Source: a virus
Length of the DNA stretch: 64,000 nt
Strand: one strand, 5' to 3'
Virus record (IMG/VR): IMGVR_UViG_3300033997_000074
Location: 1-64,000 of that record
Part shown: positions 9,987 to 18,604 of the stretch, piece after piece
Numbering within the stretch: position 1 is the stretch's first letter
Layout: each line of letters starts with the position of its first letter
Notes under the pieces: model-generated
The model's database searches: none
The model's input: the letters and a program-made list of their open reading frames with translations, nothing else
Told to the model about the DNA's origin: nothing
Made by a program: the position numbers and the translations under genes

Positions 9987-10291
9987 CTGGTTCTTCAAGA
10001 TTGGTCGCTACTCAATCCCCGCAACATTACTTGCAGCTCTTACTTTCGTAAGAAGTTGAGACTATATCATCACCCCATAGGGGTGCCTACCGCTTCGTCC
10101 TGCTTAGGACTACATTTAGTCGTTGAGGGTTTCTCTTTTAAGAGACTTCCCTGCTGATCACCCATTGTTCCATCCGATAACTTTTCAAACCGTGGCTTTG
10201 GCTTTCGCCTCGCAGTGGTATATCGGCTTTAGGGGTTTCCAGCATTTCAATAGGTTTTTACTTCACCGTTGCCGGTGAAGGGGGCAAATCT
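9987..10291 (-). mobile_element. ORF-less group I intron (305 nt) inside the terL P-loop codons
   Basis: Exon GGGGGU pairs with intron GCCCCC 6 nt in, giving U.G at the 5' splice site, and the last intron base is G. Hairpins: TTCACCG-GCAA-CGGTGAA, GGC-GAAA-GCC, CTTAC-GAAA-GTAAG. Core strings are CAACGACTAAATGTAGTCCTAAG and GATATAGTCT. Confidence 0.75.
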
Positions 10292-10453
10292 ACCCCCGCC
10301 TGCTTGTCCACCATAGAAGATAATATCTACCTCCTCCCCTTCATCAGTGGCATACTTGCTACGCTTACCCGTCCCGTCTCTTAGTGTGAGAAATAACTCT
10401 TGGGGTTTACTGCAAGGGGATATTACTGTCTTATTACTCTTTGTTCCAACCAT
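10292..10453 (-). CDS. terL: Terminase large subunit, exon 1 (54 codons)
   Basis: ...[15 protein letters not shown] joins to KSFASLMHH, recreating the Walker A GGQAGGGKS. The start codon is uncertain: ATG 10453 overlaps the stop of the upstream nuclease gene. Confidence 0.7.
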
Positions 10454-11297
10454 AATACTTCAGTTCAGCCTCCTCACGAGCTTTAACAGCATCGTCAAAA
10501 TTAGCAAACATTCCCAGTCGGATATGTTCGTTATTGACATAGATTTCGGCAGACCACTTTCCTTGTTGAGTATAGAAACTCACTCCTGATTTACCGGAAG
10601 TGTTGTTTGGATCAAGCCGTTTGTTGTAACCTTGGACACTATTCGTTGCCCATCGACAATTTTCTTTACAGTAGTCACCGTTATAGTCTATTCGATCAAG
10701 ACTCATACCGTCTGGTGCTGGACCCATATCTTCGTAAAAATTTTCAAACGAACCGCCAGCTTTAGGATTCCAGCGGTCACAAACTTTAATACCTCTACCA
10801 CCGTAGTTTTCATAACCCAATTGCTGAGGGCAATTGCAACGGCGAAGCATACCTTCGTGGATTTGGTAAGTTCTAGTATTCGACAGACCGTGTGTCTTCC
10901 GACTTTCCTCTCCGACGCAACCGCAGGAGCTGGTGTTTCCCGATTTAAGATTATTCGTTCTAACTAAAGTCAGATTAGGATTTCCACAAGAGCATTTACA
11001 CCAAACTTGTCTAACCGTACCGTAGTCGTATTTGACCTTCGGCCCTTCTGAGACAATGGTGAGTAGGCCGAAACTATTACCCGGAAGGTAATCGGCAGAT
11101 TTCATCCCACAACCGCAAGTGGTCTTTTTCTTACCTGTGACTTGTTTGTGTTCAAGAATAATCGCCCCGCCACAATCACAGACTGCGTTCCACTGGGCTG
11201 TCAGCGCTGTGTCAGCCTCTGTGGGGTTATTTCTGCCTAGGATTGTGAGAAACCCTATCTTCTGGTTGGTGTAATCTTTTAATTTATACTTTCTCAT
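10434..11297 (-). CDS. Free-standing HNH/AP2-domain homing endonuclease
   Basis: [12 protein letters not shown]...[27 protein letters not shown] core plus an AP2-like [40 protein letters not shown]. Confidence 0.8.
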   Translation of the reverse strand: MRKYKLKDYTNQKIGFLTILGRNNPTEADTALTAQWNAVCDCGGAIILEHKQVTGKKKTTCGCGMKSADYLPGNSFGLLTIVSEGPKVKYDYGTVRQVWCKCSCGNPNLTLVRTNNLKSGNTSSCGCVGEESRKTHGLSNTRTYQIHEGMLRRCNCPQQLGYENYGGRGIKVCDRWNPKAGGSFENFYEDMGPAPDGMSLDRIDYNGDYCKENCRWATNSVQGYNKRLDPNNTSGKSGVSFYTQQGKWSAEIYVNNEHIRLGMFANFDDAVKAREEAELKYYGWNKE

Positions 11298-11352
11298 AAA
11301 ACAAATCTCCTAAATAAAGATGACGCCCTGCTGGCGTAGCCGTATTTCTACA

Positions 11353-11381
11353 ACTCTATAGCCAGCCTTACGGATCGTCAA
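11353..11381 (-). promoter_or_regulatory. Candidate sigma70 promoter for the endonuclease/terL transcript
   Basis: Minus strand TTGACG-17 nt-TAGAGT. Confidence 0.35.
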
Positions 11382-11484
11382 TATTTATCACAACAGAGGC
11401 CGTTCAATGAACAACGTATTGTCGGAGCTAATTAAATAAAATGGGGAATGTCTCCCGACAAGCCCCTTAACCTTCACTCTTTTA

Positions 11485-11757
11485 CTACAGTTCACCTTCA
11501 ACCGTCACCCAAGTCAACTCTTCAATATCACACTCGGGACTGAATAGTCGATACTGTATCAGATGAACTCCCTCACCTTGTTCAGGTAGCAGTTCTGCCT
11601 TAGCTAGAGCCTGGCAGACGCTGTTAGCCTTCCGGTAGTTGTCAAACTCACCACAAGTCTCTGTGCCCACCTTACCAAATTGTTCATCACCGGATGCTTC
11701 ATAGCGGGTGACGATGTAACGAGTAACTGGTTTTACTTTGTACTGAATAATGCTCAT
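11485..11757 (-). CDS. Hypothetical protein
   Basis: 90-aa ORF with GGAG upstream. No recognisable motif. Confidence 0.5.
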   Translation of the reverse strand: MSIIQYKVKPVTRYIVTRYEASGDEQFGKVGTETCGEFDNYRKANSVCQALAKAELLPEQGEGVHLIQYRLFSPECDIEELTWVTVEGEL

Positions 11758-11875
11758 ATTATCTCCTGACTGCTCACAGTCGGTTGGTTTTAATTAACCT
11801 CCGCAGAGGCTTTCTTTCAAGCTATGTGCTAATTATAAGTCATAGCTTGTTTCTACGTCAAGCCCTTGTAGCTAG

Positions 11876-12349
11876 TTATTCTTCTTTTTCTTCAGAAATT
11901 TCTTCTACTTTACTTTCAGATTCTTCTGTCGAAGGAGATTCTTGTTCTTCTTCAACCAACCCACCTTTAGGAACAAGCTTCTCTTTAGAGATGGCGTTAG
12001 CATCTTGTCCAGTGGCAGCCAAATATTGTCGAGTCATAATTGCACGATCACGTCCACGAATTTGACGACTCTTAACAGCATCCCGGAAAGCAGGAAACTC
12101 CATAGCATCAAGTTGTTCACGAGTGTACACTTCATCAATCTTAAACACTTGAACACCCGGCTCATTACGAAGCAACTCAGATGTTTCAATGGTGAGCCAA
12201 GCATGGTGGGGGAATTTAGCTTTAGGGGTGTGGCCCTCTTTGACCTCAGCACCCATCTTGATAAAGCGGATTAGGTTTTCCAACCACTTAATACCAAGCA
12301 CATCTACAGGACCAAGTTGAATCTCATATTTATTTACAATGTTTGTCAT
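11876..12349 (-). CDS. Hypothetical protein with an acidic C-terminal tail
   Basis: 157-aa ORF with SD AGGAGA 8 nt upstream. Confidence 0.55.
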   Translation of the reverse strand: MTNIVNKYEIQLGPVDVLGIKWLENLIRFIKMGAEVKEGHTPKAKFPHHAWLTIETSELLRNEPGVQVFKIDEVYTREQLDAMEFPAFRDAVKSRQIRGRDRAIMTRQYLAATGQDANAISKEKLVPKGGLVEEEQESPSTEESESKVEEISEEKEE

Positions 12350-12581
12350 ACTTCGTATCTCCTAATTCTGTTATTAAGGCTTTGTGATACGCTCCTCCTT
12401 TAGAAACGTATTAGAAAGCTTTAAATAAAGAGCAGCCTGCTTGGAACGAGGGCTGCAAGCTCGTCGGAGGAGGAGCATCTTTCGATGCCATGCCAAGCTC
12501 ATGTGAACCCACAAATATGTTAGCAGGAAAAGGTCTAACAACTCATGGGGAGGAGAAGCAACCAAATGAGGAAGAAGGTTG

Positions 12582-13223
12582 CTAGGAGATGTCTTTGTAC
12601 GGGTTTATTTCGCAGGTCCAGCCTTTCCAGTAGTCATACTCATCAGCTTCAACCACTCCGTTGTGCTCAAGCTTAATTTTATTACCAATCTGGATAACAA
12701 GAGCACGTTCGCTGTTTCCATACTGCTTTACAAGATAGAACATATAGCGAGGAAGCCATTTACCGGATTTCTTGGTAGGAGTAGCTTTCAGGAATTGCCA
12801 TCCTGTGCTCACTAAATCATCACGGACATAATCTTGACCAGCAATCTTAGTGAACGTATAGTCTCGTACATCACAACCAATTACAAAGCGCTTGAAGTAG
12901 TTGAATGGGTTGCGTATTGCACTCCACCAAAACATATTAAATGGCTTAGAGCTGTCTGCACCAAAGCTATTAGCATCCCACCAACCTCTGTGGTCGCCTC
13001 TGAGGCCATCTTCGATGTTCTGCCAAGGCTTTAGCCATTTAGGTAAATCTTCGTACACCCAATTTCTGTGAGTGTTGAAAGTGGTGAAGGGTTTTTCTGT
13101 GCTAGAATCTTTCTTTCTGAATATCAACCCAAGAGGGACGACAATCAATCCGAGGACAATCCCTGCGAGCTGAACCAGAAAGAAGAAAAGCCACGTAATA
13201 GTGGCTATAAGAATGTCTTTCAT
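12582..13223 (-). CDS. N-terminally membrane-anchored hypothetical protein
   Basis: 213 aa with a hydrophobic N-terminus (ILIATITWLFFFLVQLAGIVLGLIVVPLGLIF) and Trp-rich motifs. Confidence 0.6.
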   Translation of the reverse strand: MKDILIATITWLFFFLVQLAGIVLGLIVVPLGLIFRKKDSSTEKPFTTFNTHRNWVYEDLPKWLKPWQNIEDGLRGDHRGWWDANSFGADSSKPFNMFWWSAIRNPFNYFKRFVIGCDVRDYTFTKIAGQDYVRDDLVSTGWQFLKATPTKKSGKWLPRYMFYLVKQYGNSERALVIQIGNKIKLEHNGVVEADEYDYWKGWTCEINPYKDIS

Positions 13224-13338
13224 TTAACCCTCCAAAAGAATAAGTGAATGTATAGCCACCAGCAACCCTATGCCTACATTCCGAGCCGTCATACTACAGC
13301 CCCTCAACCATAACGTAGCGGACATGTTAAATGCGCGC

Positions 13339-13719
13339 TTATTTCTTTCCATCAACAACAGTAAAGCTCAAGACAGCCCCTGTCTCTTCTTCACCATCGT
13401 CATCTTGTGGAGCTTCACCTGAAGCTGTGTCAGGTTTGTAGCATTCGTTGCGAAGCTCAATAGCTTTATCCACAATAAGTTTTACAGCTTGAAGCTGGAC
13501 GGTAGCAGAAACTTTCGACTCTTCCAAATCTGCATCCAGAATTGCTTCAGCTTTATTAATTGCCTTTGCTAACAGTGGATCCAGTTTGTTGAGGATTTCT
13601 GCCAAACGACGCTGACGTGGTGTACGACTGGATTTGGTTCCGGGTTTTCTCCCACCTTTTGCGGCTCCGGTCCTGCCCAGCTTATCGGGAATCTCCCGAG
13701 GATCAATTTCTTTTGACAT
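13339..13719 (-). CDS. Hypothetical protein with a basic N-terminus; possible small terminase or DNA-binding protein
   Basis: 126 aa: GGRKPGTKSSRTPRQRR, then a helical region and an acidic tail. It sits behind a near-consensus promoter. The function is a guess. Confidence 0.5.
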   Translation of the reverse strand: MSKEIDPREIPDKLGRTGAAKGGRKPGTKSSRTPRQRRLAEILNKLDPLLAKAINKAEAILDADLEESKVSATVQLQAVKLIVDKAIELRNECYKPDTASGEAPQDDDGEEETGAVLSFTVVDGKK

Positions 13720-13801
13720 AAATACTCAGCTCCTATATGCGGCAAGAAGCCGTTCTTTGAAAATTCTCGGGATTCGGGCGTGCCTTCCCTGCTGTGCGAG
13801 A

Positions 13802-13829
13802 ATTATACCAGTTTTTTCATAGAAGTCAA
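13802..13829 (-). promoter_or_regulatory. Near-consensus sigma70 promoter
   Basis: Minus strand TTGACT-16 nt-TATAAT, followed by a roughly 75-nt leader with a TTCTCG...CGAGAA hairpin. Confidence 0.55.
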
Positions 13830-14039
13830 CTAATTATTGCTAATATTCATGATAAAACAGATATTTTCTGTCAAATCTTCAAATTGATAGCTTTTTACGT
13901 CCATATACTCTAGCACTTCGGTATCTCGAATACACCTGTTACACATATCCTCTTCAATGAAAAGTCCCTCGAACTCTTCACCATCTTTATACCTCACTGC
14001 CCCAACGAGGGGTACGTCACAACATTTACATCTACTCAT
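13830..14039 (-). CDS. Small Cys-rich (zinc-ribbon-like) protein
   Basis: 69 aa with CKCC...CNRC. Confidence 0.45.
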   Translation of the reverse strand: MSRCKCCDVPLVGAVRYKDGEEFEGLFIEEDMCNRCIRDTEVLEYMDVKSYQFEDLTENICFIMNISNN

Positions 14040-14778
14040 CTCTTACGTATCCTATTTCTCTTTCAAAATCTTGTGGAAGTTTACCGCTCTTTCTTAAGTT
14101 ACAGGTTGGACACAAAAGCTGGAGGTTAGAAGGCCAGTTGCTTCCTCCTTTTGAGAGTGGCATAATATGGTCTATGTGGTAACCCGTGAATTCAAAGTCA
14201 GCTTTGCAGTATATACACTGACTATCTTGGGCGATCAACAGTATGTCTATATCAGATTTTGTGAACGAACCTTCGGAAGACAGAAATAATCTTCGTCTTT
14301 CCATTGAATTAAGACGACGGTATGGTCTATACTCTTCTTTTAGTTGCTGTATGCAAGCGATACATTTACCAGATTCTGTTTCTCTGTTTGATAAATGATT
14401 CCTTTTACAAGGAAGTCCGGTGTTGTATTCAGGCTCTCCAATAGCCTTAGCAATTTCCCTTGTCCTTGGCACTAAATCTAATTCTTCATTTCCAAATGTA
14501 CAGTTGCTGAGAAGTTCAAGACTTTCCCTCTCATCTAAATCTGCAAGATTCTCTTTTAATGCTTCAAATGCTTTCTTGGCATTGACTTTTCTTTGCAGTT
14601 TTAGGTCTACGATTGATTTCCAGTTGTTACTGTTTTCTTGATTATCTTCTGCAACGCAATCAAGGCACTTGCCGGAAGAAGTTAATCTTTCAGCTAAGTG
14701 CCCTCTTTTACATTCTTCACCGTCAAAATAAGATTTTAAACCTAACTTCCTTGCCTCCGCTCTAGTAGTGAGGCAAAT
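14032..14778 (-). CDS. HNH endonuclease with duplicated N-terminal zinc-ribbon repeats; probable ATT start
   Basis: IDHIMPLSKGGSNWPSNLQLLCPTCN. The frame stays open and protein-like for 102 codons upstream of the ORF-track GTG (...GEECKRGHLAERLTSSGKCLDCV repeats ...GLPCKRNHLSNRETESGKCIACI). AGGAGG lies 8 nt before an in-frame ATT at 14778. Confidence 0.65.
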   Translation of the reverse strand: MCLTTRAEARKLGLKSYFDGEECKRGHLAERLTSSGKCLDCVAEDNQENSNNWKSIVDLKLQRKVNAKKAFEALKENLADLDERESLELLSNCTFGNEELDLVPRTREIAKAIGEPEYNTGLPCKRNHLSNRETESGKCIACIQQLKEEYRPYRRLNSMERRRLFLSSEGSFTKSDIDILLIAQDSQCIYCKADFEFTGYHIDHIMPLSKGGSNWPSNLQLLCPTCNLRKSGKLPQDFEREIGYVRDE

Positions 14779-14907
14779 TTCCCAACCCTCCTTTCAGTTG
14801 TTTAAGGGTATAGGATAACCTCTACATCCTCTATCCGTCAAGCCCCTTTGATAGAATTTCTTTATTTTCTTCAAAAATATTTCATTCAGCGTGCTTGTAC
14901 AGTGGAT

Positions 14908-15081
14908 TTACTCCACCACCTCCCATTCTTCCACAAAATATTGATAAGCGCTATCGAAGTCCAAATACTCATCAGACCCTTGAAGCTCAGTCCTCCAAGC
15001 AACCGCATCAGCAACTTTAGCAAACACCTTCGAGATTCTTGTCCCTCTTGGGCTTTGTTCCAGAACAATATAGATTTTCAT
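14908..15081 (-). CDS. Hypothetical 57-aa protein
   Basis: Manual translation: MKIYIVLEQSPRGTRISKVFAKVADAVAWRTELQGSDEYLDFDSAYQYFVEEWEVVE. The ATG directly follows the upstream stop. Confidence 0.45.
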   Translation of the reverse strand: MKIYIVLEQSPRGTRISKVFAKVADAVAWRTELQGSDEYLDFDSAYQYFVEEWEVVE

Positions 15082-15759
15082 TTATTTCCTCTCCGTAAAA
15101 CAGAATTTATTTTCACCAAGAACGTCTTTCCATGCTGCGTGCATTGTACCTGACTTCAAAAGTGCAATCAATGCTACATCGTCCCTTGTCTTGACTTCGT
15201 GGTCACTGACGAACAGTGGCTGTAAGTTCTCTAGTGAATTACAATATACCCGCTGGTGCTCATCCGTCAAGTCAAAAGCGCCCATTGGAATGATGTGGTC
15301 AAGCTGCCACACAACGCCATGATTATTCCAATCCATCCCTTCAGAAAACTTACTCTCTATATTCGACATGAAGTCCTCTCTAGAGTAACCCAAAAGCGAG
15401 AAGGTGTTTGAAGATTTACCTTCTTCAATTGACTTAAACACTCTCTTTATACAGTCCCTTAAAATTGATGATGCTCTGAATTTTGGATCATTCCTGTATC
15501 GCTCCTTCTGCCGCCGAACCATAGATTTGTAAGCCTTCTCTTTATTTTCATTAAAATACCTACGTTTTCCCCTACGAGTACAAACAGCGCATCTGTTGGT
15601 AGATGTCAATCGAACAGGTAAGTGACCATTTCTACACGGCTTTGAGTGTATAAAAACAAAATCGCCTTTGAGCCTAGCTTCATCCGCAGTAGTCGCTAAT
15701 TCATCCAGTCGATCTATACAATCTTTCAAGTAAATCTCGTTTTCTTCTTCCTTATTCAT
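15082..15759 (-). CDS. HNH endonuclease
   Basis: WQLDHIIPMGAFD...NLQPLFVSDHEVK and N-terminal SKPCRNGHLPVRLTSTNRCAVC. ATG 15759 forms an ATGA overlap with the upstream stop. Confidence 0.75.
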   Translation of the reverse strand: MNKEEENEIYLKDCIDRLDELATTADEARLKGDFVFIHSKPCRNGHLPVRLTSTNRCAVCTRRGKRRYFNENKEKAYKSMVRRQKERYRNDPKFRASSILRDCIKRVFKSIEEGKSSNTFSLLGYSREDFMSNIESKFSEGMDWNNHGVVWQLDHIIPMGAFDLTDEHQRVYCNSLENLQPLFVSDHEVKTRDDVALIALLKSGTMHAAWKDVLGENKFCFTERK

Positions 15760-16274
15760 CAGAACGGGTCTTCCATATCCATCCAACTCGGTGTTGGTTC
15801 GTAATATTGTGGTGGTCGTGAATGTTCTGCTGTCTGCTTAGGTGAACCTCTCCACTCATTCACCTTCTTAGCTGGTTTCGTTTCTGATTTCCAGAAATCT
15901 TCCTCGACAACACCAAGCTCGATAAATTCTTTAGATAATCCTTGGGTCTTCTGTTGATACAGGTTCAGTGGAGCAACATTCTCATATCGCCAATTCTTGT
16001 GTTGACCACTACTACCTTTGTTCGCAACAATAATCTCGTTGTCTATGAATGATCGTAGAATCCTGCCCGTCTGCTTAAGACTCACACCCGAAAGCTCGGA
16101 AATGTCTTCCTGCTTGTCGAAGTGTTTGTCAAAGAAGGCGTTCCTCTTCTTCATCACGACATAGATATTCTTCTCGTTAGCTGTCAGTTCTATCAGCTCT
16201 CCAGAAGACGGGTGAATGTATCCAGTAGCCCGCATAAGCTTTTCTGGGTATTTATAAAAAATCGTTTCTTCCAT
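15759..16274 (-). CDS. Winged-helix/HTH DNA-binding protein (candidate regulator)
   Basis: ISELSGVSLKQTGRILRSFIDNEII is HTH-like. The gene lies close to the divergent control region, with one small ORF (16314..16451) in between. Confidence 0.5.
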   Translation of the reverse strand: MEETIFYKYPEKLMRATGYIHPSSGELIELTANEKNIYVVMKKRNAFFDKHFDKQEDISELSGVSLKQTGRILRSFIDNEIIVANKGSSGQHKNWRYENVAPLNLYQQKTQGLSKEFIELGVVEEDFWKSETKPAKKVNEWRGSPKQTAEHSRPPQYYEPTPSWMDMEDPF

Positions 16275-16313
16275 ATTTTCTTACCTCAGTTCTATAGTTT
16301 TGTGGGTAAGGCA

Positions 16314-16451
16314 TCACTTATTCGTAGTGCCCTTTATTTCATCAATCTCAACCAGCTTAACAAGGCACTGAACAATGAACGATTGTCGGGACATCGGACC
16401 TCGATTGGCATCCACCCATCCCAGCACCTTAAACGGTAGTTTCAAATTCAT
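16314..16451 (-). CDS. Small 45-aa ORF, first gene leftward of the divergent control region
   Basis: Manual translation: GAGGAAGATTT ATG, MNLKLPFKVLGWVDANRGPMSRQSFIVQCLVKLVEIDEIKGTTNK. Confidence 0.35.
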   Translation of the reverse strand: MNLKLPFKVLGWVDANRGPMSRQSFIVQCLVKLVEIDEIKGTTNK

Positions 16452-16487
16452 AAATCTTCCTCATAAGCAGTTAAGTCCTTTGTCATG

Positions 16488-16729
16488 GGACATCGTGTCC
16501 TATAACGTTTTGTCTCATTAAATTCGCTCTGCTCTTGCACACAACAAAATAATATAGGCTTCGCCTCTAAAAGCATGAAGAGCTTTGCTAAATACAAGAT
16601 AACACAAACAGACAAAGAGTCAAGGGACTTAATGTCCCATAATAGATTTTCTATCTCTCTTATTCTATCTGTATTATCTATCTCTCTATTGGGCCATCGT
16701 GTCCTATAAATGTAGGACTTTAAGTCCTA
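16488..16729. promoter_or_regulatory. Cluster of GGAC-N5-GTCC palindromes (operator-like) plus TCTATCTCTCT direct repeats
   Basis: GGACatcgtGTCC at 16488-16500, GGACttaatGTCC at 16625-16637, GGCCatcgtGTCC at 16692-16704, GGACtttaaGTCC at 16715-16727, and direct repeats at 16648-16692. Confidence 0.5.
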
Positions 16730-16843
16730 TCACAAAGACAAGAAGTCCTATGACATGCAGGTCTAGCAGAGATGTTCATAGTGTTTCACACCCATCCCCT
16801 CCTGTCAACACACAAAACAAATAAATTTCCTTGAAGAAATTGC

Positions 16844-16873
16844 TTGACGTGCAGGAGCAAAGGGATGTATTCT
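16844..16873 (+). promoter_or_regulatory. Candidate promoter of the rightward block
   Basis: TTGACGtgCAGGAGC...-18 nt-TATTCT. It shares the CAGGRGC spacer motif with the promoters at 23010 and 26007. Confidence 0.45.
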
Positions 16874-16906
16874 TCTTCTAGATGTTCAACAAAGAGGAGT
16901 CAGAGG

Positions 16907-17149
16907 ATGAAGCCAAGCAAGATGCGTTATAGGGATGCCGTAAAGTCGGCCAGAGATTTTGTGTACGGAGTGATAGACAAAATGCCAGAACATTTCGACG
17001 AACGCCAAGAGCGAGTATTTACCAAGTATGTAGCAAAGACAGAGTATCAGAAAAAGTATTTTGATGAGCTGGACGATGAGATGTGGATTGCCTACACAGG
17101 TTATACAAGAAGAGAATATGAGAAATTTAGCCAACAAGCTGAGGTGTAA
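16907..17149 (+). CDS. Hypothetical protein
   Basis: ORF track trimmed to MKPSKMRYRD, which follows the SD AGGAG. Confidence 0.5.
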   Translation: MKPSKMRYRDAVKSARDFVYGVIDKMPEHFDERQERVFTKYVAKTEYQKKYFDELDDEMWIAYTGYTRREYEKFSQQAEV

Positions 17150-17153
17150 AATA

Positions 17154-17336
17154 ATGAAAGTGAAAGAATTGATTGAAAAGCTGCAAGAGATGGATCAAGA
17201 GGCTGTTGTGAATTGTTATGATGGTTATGATCCGTATTTTGGTGATAAGTGGAGTGTCTGTTCCAGTGTAGAACAAGACATTATTCGGTGGGACCCTTAC
17301 ACGGATCAATGTGTTTACGAGGTGTTTATCCAATGA
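17154..17336 (+). CDS. Hypothetical protein
   Basis: MKVKELIEKLQEM... in a packed same-strand array. Confidence 0.5.
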   Translation: MKVKELIEKLQEMDQEAVVNCYDGYDPYFGDKWSVCSSVEQDIIRWDPYTDQCVYEVFIQ

Positions 17337-17488
17337 AAGAACATCTCACAGAAGGCGGATGGGAGTGGTATCTGAGACAGCTAAAAGAAAAGCTTGAGCG
17401 CCCCTTGACGCAGAAGGAATACTCAGACATAATGAGGCTCTACATCGTTGGAACACCTGTTGAAAAGACATTGGAGGAATTGAAATGA
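17333..17488 (+). CDS. Hypothetical protein
   Basis: MKEHLTEGGWEWYL...; its start overlaps the upstream stop. Confidence 0.45.
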   Translation: MKEHLTEGGWEWYLRQLKEKLERPLTQKEYSDIMRLYIVGTPVEKTLEELK

Positions 17489-17742
17489 CTGTGGCTGAGT
17501 TTACGGAATGGCTTAAAACGCAAGACCAAGACGCAATTGTACAAATTGTTTATCATGAGCGAGGAACAGGCTACTATGATCAGGGAGGCACCGCTTCTGT
17601 CATAGAGTTTAACCCTACCGTGAACAAGTATGGTGTTGCTGACCATTGGAACTACACCGATTATCGTAATAACAAGTTTGTAAAGGAAACCGACCCTCAC
17701 TATAACAAATTATATCTTCTTATCGGAGGCTACGAAGAATGA
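17485..17742 (+). CDS. Hypothetical protein
   Basis: 85-aa ORF with ATGA overlaps at both ends. Confidence 0.5.
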   Translation: MTVAEFTEWLKTQDQDAIVQIVYHERGTGYYDQGGTASVIEFNPTVNKYGVADHWNYTDYRNNKFVKETDPHYNKLYLLIGGYEE

Positions 17743-18167
17743 CAATTGAAACGCTGAATGAAATTAAAGCTGATGCTACAGCACTGCGTACTGGCCTGCT
17801 TGATATGGCGGATAAAGTCAGCTTGGTAGAAGCTGAGGGTGTTGTAATTCCAGACGATGTGGATGTCGCCATGGATGCAATTCTTGTTAATCTGGGTACT
17901 GTCCTCACTTGGGTGGAGCAAGCTATTACAGATGGAACGGAGGAACCAGAGCTAAACGCGATGCGCTTGTTTCTGAATGAACTTAAGGCTGTCTTTGATA
18001 AATACTCTGCTGTGCTGGAGCGTCTAGATGGGACAGGATACGGAAGCAGCTACGGCGGTGCAGACTTCTTCCGTGTCACTGTAACAGACCCTGTTTCTGG
18101 GGATGTAGAGACAAAAGATATTGTTCCTGCTGTGGCTGATACAATTACGTCTGTAGATTTGGTGTAA
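17739..18167 (+). CDS. Hypothetical acidic protein
   Basis: 142-aa ORF in a packed array. Confidence 0.5.
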   Translation: MTIETLNEIKADATALRTGLLDMADKVSLVEAEGVVIPDDVDVAMDAILVNLGTVLTWVEQAITDGTEEPELNAMRLFLNELKAVFDKYSAVLERLDGTGYGSSYGGADFFRVTVTDPVSGDVETKDIVPAVADTITSVDLV

Positions 18168-18238
18168 TTACTATTGAAAATGAGGGTAGAAATCAACGAT
18201 CTATCCTCAACCTAAGCTACCCTACGCTGGAGGAGAAT

Positions 18239-18604
18239 ATGAACAAAGACTACCTTAAAAACATAAGTCAAGAAGACAGAGCTTTGATGCTTGAGAAGGC
18301 CAAAGCTAAACGTGAAGAGAAAAAGAAAGCTGGTGAATCCCTTCGTCAGAATTATGCAGATGAGAATTACCATCGCTCATTGGCAAAGGAGTATGGCCTG
18401 CGTATGCCCGCCAGTTATATTCCTAACACAGAGACTAAATATTTGAAGCGAGCAGCTAAGCATTTTGGGGTGGATATCAAGGAATATCTTGCAGATTGTG
18501 GTTGCACAACACTCAAACAGCTTGCTAATATGAATCCTAATGAGACAGCAGTTGAATTCGTAGGCTGTTTCCTTGAATGGTATTCTGAGAAGGAGAAGAA
18601 ATGA
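18239..18604 (+). CDS. Hypothetical protein translationally coupled to the radical-SAM gene
   Basis: 121 aa with SD GGAGGAG upstream. Its stop overlaps the ATG of 18601. Confidence 0.55.
   Translation: MNKDYLKNISQEDRALMLEKAKAKREEKKKAGESLRQNYADENYHRSLAKEYGLRMPASYIPNTETKYLKRAAKHFGVDIKEYLADCGCTTLKQLANMNPNETAVEFVGCFLEWYSEKEKK

Noticed and set aside
10247-10453. 68-aa ORF treated as an independent small gene
   Set aside because: Its first 54 codons end in the first half of a Walker A motif that is completed by the downstream terminase ORF. The last 14 codons are intron sequence, so it is reinterpreted as terL exon 1.
12374-12565. 63-aa minus-strand ORF
   Set aside because: It overlaps a terminator hairpin (GCAGCC...GGCTGC plus T-run) in an intergenic region and has no SD.
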